From Acidimicrobiia bacterium (GTDB lineage: Bacteria > Actinomycetota > Acidimicrobiia > IMCC26256 > JACDBD01): a stretch of DNA of 39,673 bases. Each line of letters opens with the position of its first letter. Positions within the stretch are counted from its first letter, which is position 1. The stretch is from the NCBI GenBank assembly GCA_036374115.1, contig DASUUL010000177.1, forward strand, positions 1 to 39,673, given 5' to 3'. Under the pieces are notes generated by a model, which saw only the letters and a program-made list of their open reading frames with translations, was not told the origin of the DNA and ran no database searches. A program made the position numbers and the translations under genes. Positions 32,081 through 39,547 of this stretch are shown here, in pieces.

Positions 32081-33823
32081 GTGCCGGCCACCCTGGCCGC
32101 GGCCGTGCGCGTGGGGACGATCGTGCGGGTGCCCCTGCACGGCCGGCGGGTGCGCGGGTGGGTGATGGCCGACGACGTCGAGCCGGAGACCGGCCGGGCC
32201 CACCTCCTCCCACTGGCCAAGGTCGTGTCGGCAGGCCCTCCCGCCGAGGTCGTCGCGCTCTGCGAGTGGGCGGCATGGCGCTACGCCGGGCCCGTCACCG
32301 CGCTGCTCGCGGCCGCCTCGCCTCCCAACGTCGTCGCACCCGAGGCCGAGCCCGAACGGGAGGCGGCGGTGTATCCGAGCGCGGCGCTGCCCGACGTCGT
32401 CGTCCGGGCCCGCGAGCGGGCGCGATCGGTGCTGGCGTGGCCACCGGCGGTCGACCGCCGTGAGCTGGTGCTCGGGCTGCTGGCCTCGGAGGGATCGACG
32501 ATCGTCGTCGTCCCGGCGACGGCGCGCGTCCCGCTCCTCGTCCGCCAGCTCGAGCGCGACGGCCGCACCGCTCTCGTCGTGGGCAGTGAGCTCCCCGACG
32601 CCGAGCGGAGCGAGATGTGGGCCCGGGCGCGCGCGGGCGCGTGTGTGGTGGTCGGTGGCCGGTTGGCGGTGTTGGCGCCTGTCCCCGATCTGGCGGCGAT
32701 CGTCGTCCTCGACGAGGGCGACGAGGCGCTCAAGGAGGAGCGGACGCCGGCGTGGAACGCCCGCGAGGTGGCGATCGAACGCGCCTCCCGGGGGGGTGCG
32801 CGGGTGACGCTCGTCTCGCCCGCGCCCACGGTCGACGCCGAGGAGGAGGCTGCGAGCGCGCTCCGGCCCGATCGGGCGCTCGAACGCTCGGGTTGGCCGG
32901 TGCTCGAAGTGGTCGATCCCCGCGACGACCAGCCCGGGCGCGCGCTGCTCACCACCCGGCTGACCACCGCTCTCCACGACGTCGTCGAGACACCGGGGGC
33001 GCGGGCGGTCTGCGTCCTCAACCGCAAGGGCCGAGCCCGGCTTCTCACGTGTGTCAACTGCGGCGAGCTGGCACGGTGCGAGCGCTGCGGCGCCGCCGTG
33101 GGCGAAGGCGTCTCGGGGCTCGAGTGCGCGCGGTGCGGCGCGACGCGACCGCACGTGTGCCTGGCCTGCCACGACGGGCGCCTGCGCGCCCGGCGCGTCG
33201 GGGCGACCCGCCTCGCCGAGGAGCTCGCGGCGCTCCTCCCTCGCGCACGCGTGGCGGAGGTGGGTGCCGGTGGCGACGTACCTGCCGACGCGCAGGTCCT
33301 CGTGGGGACCGAGGCGGTGTTGCACCGCGTCGCGCCCCGTCCGGCGGTGCTCGTGTGCGCGTTCCTCGAGTTCGACCAGGAGCTGTTGGCAACCCGGTAC
33401 CGCGCCGCCGAGCAGGCGCTCTGGCTGCTCGTCCGCGCCGCCCGCCTCGTCGGTCCCCGCTCGGGGGCGGGCCGCATCCTCGTGCAGACGCGCGTGCCGG
33501 ACCACGAAGTGCTGGTCGCCGCCCGGCACGCGAACCCGACCGCGGTCGTGGACGCCGAGCGAGCCCGCCGCCGGGCGCTCGGGTTCCCGCCCTTCGGCGG
33601 TCTCGCCGAGGTGAGCGGCGAGCCTGCCGCGGTCGCGGCCGCGTGCGCCGCGCTCGCCGGGCGGGGCGACCTCGCCGTGCTCGGCCCGAGCGGAGCGCCG
33701 CCGCGCGCGCTGGTGCAGGCGGAGAGCGCTCCGACGCTGTGCGACGCGCTGGCCGCGACCGATCTCTCGTCTGCCCGCGCTCACGGCCGTCTGCGCGTCG
33801 AGGTCGATCCCCTGCGGGTCTGA
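32081..33823 (+). CDS. priA: Primosomal protein N' (PriA), degenerate ATPase motifs; coordinates use the first canonical start, but homology begins at about 32024
   Basis: N-terminal RVRPDVPAVDRVFDYRVP (32033-32086) resembles the PriA N-terminus. Walker B remnant VVLDEGDE. Cys cluster CVNCGELARCERCG...CARCG...CLAC. No GxGKT. Confidence 0.85.
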   Translation: MPATLAAAVRVGTIVRVPLHGRRVRGWVMADDVEPETGRAHLLPLAKVVSAGPPAEVVALCEWAAWRYAGPVTALLAAASPPNVVAPEAEPEREAAVYPSAALPDVVVRARERARSVLAWPPAVDRRELVLGLLASEGSTIVVVPATARVPLLVRQLERDGRTALVVGSELPDAERSEMWARARAGACVVVGGRLAVLAPVPDLAAIVVLDEGDEALKEERTPAWNAREVAIERASRGGARVTLVSPAPTVDAEEEAASALRPDRALERSGWPVLEVVDPRDDQPGRALLTTRLTTALHDVVETPGARAVCVLNRKGRARLLTCVNCGELARCERCGAAVGEGVSGLECARCGATRPHVCLACHDGRLRARRVGATRLAEELAALLPRARVAEVGAGGDVPADAQVLVGTEAVLHRVAPRPAVLVCAFLEFDQELLATRYRAAEQALWLLVRAARLVGPRSGAGRILVQTRVPDHEVLVAARHANPTAVVDAERARRRALGFPPFGGLAEVSGEPAAVAAACAALAGRGDLAVLGPSGAPPRALVQAESAPTLCDALAATDLSSARAHGRLRVEVDPLRV

Positions 33824-33838
33824 GCCGCGACAACCCAC

Positions 33839-33847
33839 TGGTACCCT
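33839..33847 (+). promoter_or_regulatory. Candidate extended -10 (TGGTACCCT) for a leaderless def transcript
   Basis: The TACCCT hexamer ends 7 nt before def ATG 33855, with no SD. The 9-mer is identical to the one upstream of pyrR. Confidence 0.45.
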
Positions 33848-33854
33848 GGCCCCG

Positions 33855-34379
33855 ATGGTCACGTACCCGATCCGCCTCTTCGGTGACCCCGTCCTCAAGC
33901 AGCGTTCGCGTGAGGTGCGGGAGCTCGACGCCGGTCTCGCCGGTCTCGTCGCGGCGATGTACGAGTCGATGTACCAGGCCGTCGGGCTCGGTCTCGCCGC
34001 GCCCCAGGTCGGCGTGCAGAAGCGCCTCTTCACCTATGACGTCGGCGAGGGCCCGTCGGTCTTGGTCAACCCCGAGATCGTCAACACCGAGGGCGAGCTG
34101 GTCTTCGAGGAAGGGTGCCTCTCGGTGCCGGGCTTCAGGTTCGAGATCGCGCGCCCGAAGCTCGTGACCGTGCAGGGCATCGATCTCGACGGCAAGGAAG
34201 TCGTGATCGAAGGCGACGACGTGCTCGGGCGGCTCTTCCTCCACGAGGTCGACCACCTCGACGGCGTCCTCCTGCTCGACCGGCTCGATCCCGACGAGCG
34301 CAAGCGGGCGTTGCGGGCCCTCCGCGACCAGGACCTGGTCGCGGCCGCGCGTCACCCGGAAGGTCAACCCGCGCTGTAG
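33855..34379 (+). CDS. def: Peptide deformylase
   Basis: GLAAPQVG, EGCLSVPG, HEVDHLDG. Confidence 0.95.
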   Translation: MVTYPIRLFGDPVLKQRSREVRELDAGLAGLVAAMYESMYQAVGLGLAAPQVGVQKRLFTYDVGEGPSVLVNPEIVNTEGELVFEEGCLSVPGFRFEIARPKLVTVQGIDLDGKEVVIEGDDVLGRLFLHEVDHLDGVLLLDRLDPDERKRALRALRDQDLVAAARHPEGQPAL

Positions 34380-34413
34380 GCCGCCCGGGTCGGCCGCGAG
34401 CGGGGGAGCGCAC

Positions 34414-35256
34414 GTGCGGATCGTCTTCCTCGGTACCCCCGACGACGCCGTGCCCACGCTGCACGCGCTCGTCGGCGCCGGGCACGACGTCGCGCTCGTG
34501 GTGACCCAACCCGACCGGCGGCGGGGCCGGGGCGCGGCCACGGGGCCGAGCCCGGTGAAGGCGGCGGCGCTCGAGCTCGGCCTCCCCGTGCGCTCCCCGC
34601 GCCGGGCGAGTGAGGTCGTCGACGAGGTGCGCGCCACCGGGGCGGAGCTGGGTGCGGTGGTTGCCTTCGGCCAGCTCCTTCCCGACGCGCTGCTCGAGTG
34701 CCTCCCACACGGCTTCGTGAACCTACACTTCTCGCTGCTCCCACGCTGGCGCGGGGCCGCCCCCGTCGAGCGGGCGATCCTCGCCGGCGACACCGAGACC
34801 GGCGTGTGCGTGATGCGGATCGACGCCGGGCTCGACACCGGCCCCGTCTTCGCCCGCGAACGGACTCCGATCGCGTCCGGGGAGACGGCCGGGGAATTGC
34901 GGGCACGTCTCGTCGAGATCGGTACCCGCCTGATGGTCGAGACGCTCCCGCACGTCCCCGAGCTCGACCCGCGGCCACAGGAGGGCGAGCCGACCTATGC
35001 CGACAAGCTGGAGGTGGCCGAGTTCGAGCTCGACTGGTCGCGCCCCGCCACCGAGCTCCTGCGCGTCATTCGGGCCGGCAACCCCCGCCCGGGGGCGTGG
35101 ACGACCGTCGGGGGTGCCCGGCTCAAGATCTGGCGCGCCCGCATCGGTGACGACGGCGCGATCGAGCCACTCGAGGTCCAGCCCGAGGGCAAGCCGCACA
35201 TGTCGTGGGCCGACTGGAAACGAGGACACGGGGCCGACGTCCGGCTCGGCCCGTGA
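34414..35256 (+). CDS. fmt: Methionyl-tRNA formyltransferase
   Basis: MRIVFLGTP, VVTQPDRRRGRG, NLHFSLLPRWRGAAPV. 280 aa. Confidence 0.93.
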   Translation: MRIVFLGTPDDAVPTLHALVGAGHDVALVVTQPDRRRGRGAATGPSPVKAAALELGLPVRSPRRASEVVDEVRATGAELGAVVAFGQLLPDALLECLPHGFVNLHFSLLPRWRGAAPVERAILAGDTETGVCVMRIDAGLDTGPVFARERTPIASGETAGELRARLVEIGTRLMVETLPHVPELDPRPQEGEPTYADKLEVAEFELDWSRPATELLRVIRAGNPRPGAWTTVGGARLKIWRARIGDDGAIEPLEVQPEGKPHMSWADWKRGHGADVRLGP

Positions 35257-36566
35257 CGGCGCGGGCCGTCGCCCTCGACGTGCTCGTGCGCGTCGAGGGC
35301 GGCGCGTATGCCAACCTGCTGCTCGCCGCAGTGTTGCGCGACTCGGACCTCGACGCGCGCGACCGCGCCTTCGTGACCGAGCTCGTGTACGGGACGCTGC
35401 GGCGGCAGCGGACTCTCGACCACCTGCTGGCGTCCGCACTCGACCGCCCCCTGGCCGAGCTCGAGCCTCCCGTGCGGGCCGCGCTCCGGCTCGGTGCCGA
35501 CCAGCTGCTCGTCGGCGTCGCTCCGCACGCAGCCGTCGGCGAGACGGTCGCGGCGAGCCCGAGGCGGGCGCGTCCGCTCGTCAACGCGGTGCTGCGCAAG
35601 CTCGCGGGTACCGGCCCGCCGTGGCCGTTGCCCGGCGGCGACGACCCGGCCGCGATCGGCGTCCGGCTCTCGTATCCCGACTGGATCGTGGAACGGATGG
35701 TCGCCGATCTCGGCCGGGCCGACGCGCTGGCGGTCCTGACGGCGGGGAACGAGGCCGCGCCGGTCACCCTGCGGCCCTTCCACGGGCAGGTCACGCCCGA
35801 CGCGCTGGCGAGGGAGCTGGCGGAGCTCCCCGAGGCCACGGTCGAGCCCGGTGCACTCGGTACGGGCGCGGTGGTGGTGCGGGGCATCGGCGACGTCGGA
35901 CGCCTCCCGGCGGTCGTGGAAGGCCGGGCCACGCCCCAGGACGAGGCGAGCCAGGCGGTCGTGACCGCGCTCGACCCGGAGCCGGGCCACGCTGTGCTCG
36001 ATGCCTGCGCCGCGCCCGGCGGCAAGACCACCGCCGCCGCCGAACGGGTCGGTCACGCCGGCGTCGTGGTGGCCACCGACGTGCACGCGGCCCGCCTCCG
36101 GCTCGTTCGGCTCGCCGCTGCCCGGCTCCGTCTCGGCAACGTGCGCGCCGCCGTCGCCGACGGTCGGGCGCTCCCGGTGCGCACCCGCCGGTTCGATCGT
36201 GTGCTCGTCGACGCTCCGTGCACCGGACTCGGCGTGCTCCGGCGTCGCGCCGAGGCGCGGTGGCGGATCCGTTCCGAAGCCGTCGCGGAGCTCGCCGGGC
36301 TCCAGCGCACGCTGCTGCGCGAGGCCGCTGGTGCCCTCGCGCCCGGGGGCACGCTCGTGTACTCCGTGTGCACGCTGACTCGCGAAGAGACGCTCGGCGT
36401 CGACGCGTGGGCGGCCGAATCGCTCCCGGAGCTCGAGGCGCTCCCGCCCCCGGGCCCGCCATGGCGCTCGTGGGGGAGGGGCGCGCTCCTGCTCCCTCAC
36501 GTCGCCGGCACCGACGGCATGTTCGTCCTGCGTCTCCACCGCAAGTCGCCCGCCCCCGGCCGGTAG
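35253..36566 (+). CDS. rsmB: 16S rRNA (cytosine-C5)-methyltransferase RsmB (Fmu/Sun)
   Basis: The GTG overlaps the fmt stop (GTGA). NusB-like N-terminal domain, DACAAPGGKT, VDAPCTGLGVLRR, YSVCT. Confidence 0.9.
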   Translation: MTARAVALDVLVRVEGGAYANLLLAAVLRDSDLDARDRAFVTELVYGTLRRQRTLDHLLASALDRPLAELEPPVRAALRLGADQLLVGVAPHAAVGETVAASPRRARPLVNAVLRKLAGTGPPWPLPGGDDPAAIGVRLSYPDWIVERMVADLGRADALAVLTAGNEAAPVTLRPFHGQVTPDALARELAELPEATVEPGALGTGAVVVRGIGDVGRLPAVVEGRATPQDEASQAVVTALDPEPGHAVLDACAAPGGKTTAAAERVGHAGVVVATDVHAARLRLVRLAAARLRLGNVRAAVADGRALPVRTRRFDRVLVDAPCTGLGVLRRRAEARWRIRSEAVAELAGLQRTLLREAAGALAPGGTLVYSVCTLTREETLGVDAWAAESLPELEALPPPGPPWRSWGRGALLLPHVAGTDGMFVLRLHRKSPAPGR

Positions 36567-36569
36567 CCT
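36564..36569 (+). promoter_or_regulatory. Candidate internal -10 hexamer (TAGCCT, overlapping the rsmB TAG stop) for a leaderless rpe transcript
   Basis: cggTAGCCT is followed by 7 nt and then ATG 36577. The same cggTAGCCT string precedes alaS. Confidence 0.35.
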
Positions 36570-36576
36570 CGTGACG

Positions 36577-37242
36577 ATGCCGGCGCAGAAGCTCGCACCC
36601 TCGATCCTCTCGGCCGACTTCGCCCGGCTCGCCCATGACGTCGACCGGGTGACCAAGCAGGCCGACCTCCTCCACGTCGACGTGATGGACGGTCACTTCG
36701 TGCCCAATCTCACGATCGGCCCGCCGGTCGTCGACTCGCTGCGCAGGTACACGGACCTGTTCTTCGACTGCCACCTCATGGTCGACAACCCGCGCGACCT
36801 GCTCACCGACTTCGCCAAGGCCGGCGCGGGCGGTTGCACCGTGCACATCGAGATCGGTGACCCGCGGGTCGCGTTCGACGAGATGCGCGAGCTCGGCCTG
36901 CGGGTCGGCCTCACCCACAACCCCGACACGCCGCTCGACGCCGTGCTCCCGTACCTCGAGGAGATCGACCTCCTGTTGTTCATGAGCGTGCATCCCGGCT
37001 TCGGCGGCCAGGCCTTCATCCCGAGCGTGCTCGACAAGGTGCGCGCCGCGCGCGGCATCGTCGACGAACGGGGGCTCGAGGTCGAGCTCGAGATCGACGG
37101 CGGCATCAACGTCGAGACCGCACCCCTCGCGGTCGACGCCGGTGCCGACATCCTCGTCGCGGGGAGCGCGATCTTCCACGCCGACGACCCGTCGGTGGCG
37201 GCGCGCCGGCTCCGGGAGGCGGCGTGGCCGAGCGCATCCTGA
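36577..37242 (+). CDS. rpe: Ribulose-phosphate 3-epimerase
   Basis: APSILSADFARL, HVDVMDGHFVPN, MSVHPGFGGQ. Start is ATG 36577 or GTG 36571. Confidence 0.95.
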   Translation: MPAQKLAPSILSADFARLAHDVDRVTKQADLLHVDVMDGHFVPNLTIGPPVVDSLRRYTDLFFDCHLMVDNPRDLLTDFAKAGAGGCTVHIEIGDPRVAFDEMRELGLRVGLTHNPDTPLDAVLPYLEEIDLLLFMSVHPGFGGQAFIPSVLDKVRAARGIVDERGLEVELEIDGGINVETAPLAVDAGADILVAGSAIFHADDPSVAARRLREAAWPSAS

Positions 37243-38102
37243 TCGCCGACGACGACGACGACGTCCTCGACGCCATCAGGATCAACCTCGAGGTCGAGGG
37301 CTACGAGATCCATCTCGCGCACGACGGCAACGAGGTGCTGCAGCAGGCGCGGGCCCTGACCCCCGACCTGATCCTGCTCGACGTCGTGATGCCCGGCCCC
37401 GACGGCGTCGACGTGTGCCGAGAGCTGAAGGCCGACGCCCGGACGCGTGACGCCCTCGTCGTCTTCCTGACCGGCCGAGGCGCCACTCGCGACGAGGCGA
37501 TCGGGCTCATCGCCGGCGCCGACGACTACATCGTCAAGCCGTTCGATCCCACCGATCTCATCGCGCGGGTGAAGCGGGTCCTCGCGACTCGCCATACGAC
37601 GCCGCCGCGCGCCGAGGTCGCCGGGTTGCACGCCCGTGTGCTCACCGTCTCCGACGGGGTTGCCGCCGGGACCCGCGACGACCAGTCGGGGCGGGCGCTC
37701 GTCGATCGCCTCACCGGCGCCGGCTTCGAGGTCGACGAGCACCGTGTGAGCGGCGACGGCGTCGAGCCGGTCGCGACCGCGCTGCGCGACGTCGCGACCG
37801 GGTTCGCCGGGCTGGTCGTCACCACCGGCGGCACCGGCTTCGGGCCGCGCGACCTCACACCCGAGGCGACCCGGAGCGTGATCGACCGGGAGGCACCCGG
37901 TCTGGCCGAGGCCATGCGGGCAGCGAGCAACGCGCCCGGCCGGCCCTTCGGGATGCTCTCGCGGGGCGTGTGCGGCACGGTCGGTTCCGCCCTCGTGTGC
38001 AACCTCCCCGGCTCGGCCGCGGGCGCGCTCGACTGCCTCGACGTCATCCTGCCGTCGATCCCGCACGCCCTCGAGCTGCTCGCAGGCAAGCACGTGCACT
38101 GA
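37224..38102 (+). CDS. Fusion protein: response-regulator receiver (REC) domain + MogA/MoaB molybdenum-cofactor biosynthesis domain
   Basis: aa 1-122: ADDDDD, LILLD (Asp53), FLTG (Thr83), VKPF (Lys105). aa about 135-292: VLTVSDG, LVVTTGGTGFGPRDLTPEAT, EAPGLAEAMR, LSRGVCG, NLPGS (MogA-like). GTG follows GGGAGG (37214-37219) and overlaps rpe by 19 nt. Confidence 0.85.
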   Translation: MAERILIADDDDDVLDAIRINLEVEGYEIHLAHDGNEVLQQARALTPDLILLDVVMPGPDGVDVCRELKADARTRDALVVFLTGRGATRDEAIGLIAGADDYIVKPFDPTDLIARVKRVLATRHTTPPRAEVAGLHARVLTVSDGVAAGTRDDQSGRALVDRLTGAGFEVDEHRVSGDGVEPVATALRDVATGFAGLVVTTGGTGFGPRDLTPEATRSVIDREAPGLAEAMRAASNAPGRPFGMLSRGVCGTVGSALVCNLPGSAAGALDCLDVILPSIPHALELLAGKHVH

Positions 38103-38146
38103 TCGGCGAGGTCGATCCGGCGCATCGCCCGAACGGGGTGATCAGG

Positions 38147-38152
38147 TAGTCT
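38147..38152 (+). promoter_or_regulatory. Possible -10 hexamer (TAGTCT) for the riboswitch-ribD transcript
   Basis: A TANNNT hexamer in the only A/T-enriched patch of the gap, about 20 nt upstream of riboswitch P1. A 7-bp hairpin (38150-38169) overlaps it. Confidence 0.3.
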
Positions 38153-38171
38153 TGACCCAACAGTCAAGAGG

Positions 38172-38352
38172 AAAGCCCTCGGGATGTTGGGTGAAAGTCC
38201 CGACCGGCGGTAGCCGCACCCGTACGGGATGCGGGAGCCCGCGAGCCCACGGCAACCAGCCGCGTGGTCGACCCGGTGCCCGAAGCGACGCTCGATCCGA
38301 GCCGCTCCGGTAGTCCGGGGCCGACGGTCACAGTCCGGATGGGAGAGGGCGC
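38172..38352 (+). promoter_or_regulatory. FMN riboswitch (RFN element)
   Basis: Conserved RFN blocks GGGUGAAAGUCCCGACCGGCGGUA, AGCCCGCGAGC, GGUCGACCCGGUG, CCGACGGUCACAGUCCGGAUGGGAGAGGG. P1 pairs CCCUC (38176-38180) with GAGGG (38345-38349). Located directly upstream of ribD. Confidence 0.88.
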
Positions 38353-38422
38353 ACGGCCGGCGCGCCCGGACGCGCCTGCAGCGCCGTCCCGCGGGCCCGA
38401 CAGGGACGGTGCTGGAGTGCCA

Positions 38423-39547
38423 GTGCAGGACGAGCCGGTCGACCGGGCGATGCGGCGAGCACTCGCGCTGGCCGACGGGGTGCGCCGCACGACCGCACCG
38501 AACCCCTGGGTCGGCTGCGTCCTGCTCCGCGACGGCGAGGTCGTGGGTGAGGGGGCGACCGCACCCCCCGGCGGCCCGCACGCCGAAGCCGTCGCGCTCG
38601 CGGCCGCGGGCGACCGCGCCCGCGGCGCCACCGCCGTCGTGACCCTCGAGCCGTGCTCGCACACCGGCCGTACCGGTCCGTGCGCCGACTCGCTCCTCGA
38701 CGCCGGCGTCTCGCGTGTGGTCGTCGCGCTCGAGGATCCCGACGACCGCGTTCGGGGGACGGGCGTCGCGAGCCTGCGCGCCGGCGGCGTGCCCGTCGAC
38801 GTCGGCGTGGGCGCGGCCGAGGCGGCCCGATCGCTGGCGCCGTACCTGCATCACCGCCGCACCGGACGGGCGTACTGCGTCCTGAAGACCGCCACCAGCC
38901 TCGACGGGCGCACCGCGGCGGCGGACGGCTCTTCACGATGGATCACCGGGCCGCGGGCGCGCGCCGACGCCCACGAGCTGCGCGCCGATTCCCAGGCCGT
39001 CGTCGTGGGATCGGGCACGGCGCTCGCGGACCAGCCGGCGCTCACGGCTCGCGACGTCGTCGAACGCGTGGCGCGGCCCCCGCTCCGTGTGCTGCTCGAC
39101 GCCCGTGGCCGGGTCCCCGCCGCGGGCCCGCTCTTCGACCCGGCGCTGGCGCCGACCCTCGTCGTCACCACCGAACGGGCCCCGGCCGGCGCGATCGACG
39201 CCTGGCGAGCGGCGGGCGCCAAGGTGGAGGCGGTCCCGGGCGGCGCCGGGGGACGGGGCGTCGACCTCGTCGCGGTGCTCGCGCTGCTCGGCGGTCACGG
39301 CGTGCTCCAGGCCATGGTCGAGGGCGGCGCGACGGTCCACGGCGCGCTGCTCGCCGACGGCCTGGTCGACCGCGTCGTCGCCTACGTGGCCCCGGTCGCA
39401 CTCGGCGCCGGTGGCCGCGCCGCCTTCGCCGCGCCGGGGGCGCCGTCGGTGGCGGCCGCACCCCGCTGGGCGCTGGCATCGGTGCGCGCCCTGGGAGACG
39501 ACGTGCGGCTCGACTACGAGACCGTCCCCGAGCCTGGTGGTCGGTGA
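38423..39547 (+). CDS. ribD: Bifunctional riboflavin biosynthesis deaminase/reductase RibD
   Basis: MRRALALA, HAEAVAL, TLEPCSHTGRTGPC, LKTATSLDG. GTG 38423 is 5 nt after GGAG; GTG 38417 and ATG 38450 are alternatives. ORF-track start 38264 lies inside the riboswitch. Confidence 0.92.
   Translation: MQDEPVDRAMRRALALADGVRRTTAPNPWVGCVLLRDGEVVGEGATAPPGGPHAEAVALAAAGDRARGATAVVTLEPCSHTGRTGPCADSLLDAGVSRVVVALEDPDDRVRGTGVASLRAGGVPVDVGVGAAEAARSLAPYLHHRRTGRAYCVLKTATSLDGRTAAADGSSRWITGPRARADAHELRADSQAVVVGSGTALADQPALTARDVVERVARPPLRVLLDARGRVPAAGPLFDPALAPTLVVTTERAPAGAIDAWRAAGAKVEAVPGGAGGRGVDLVAVLALLGGHGVLQAMVEGGATVHGALLADGLVDRVVAYVAPVALGAGGRAAFAAPGAPSVAAAPRWALASVRALGDDVRLDYETVPEPGGR

Noticed and set aside
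38264-38422. ribD start at GTG 38264 as listed in the ORF track
   Set aside because: These codons coincide with the conserved 3' half of the FMN riboswitch aptamer. RibD homology starts at about 38450.
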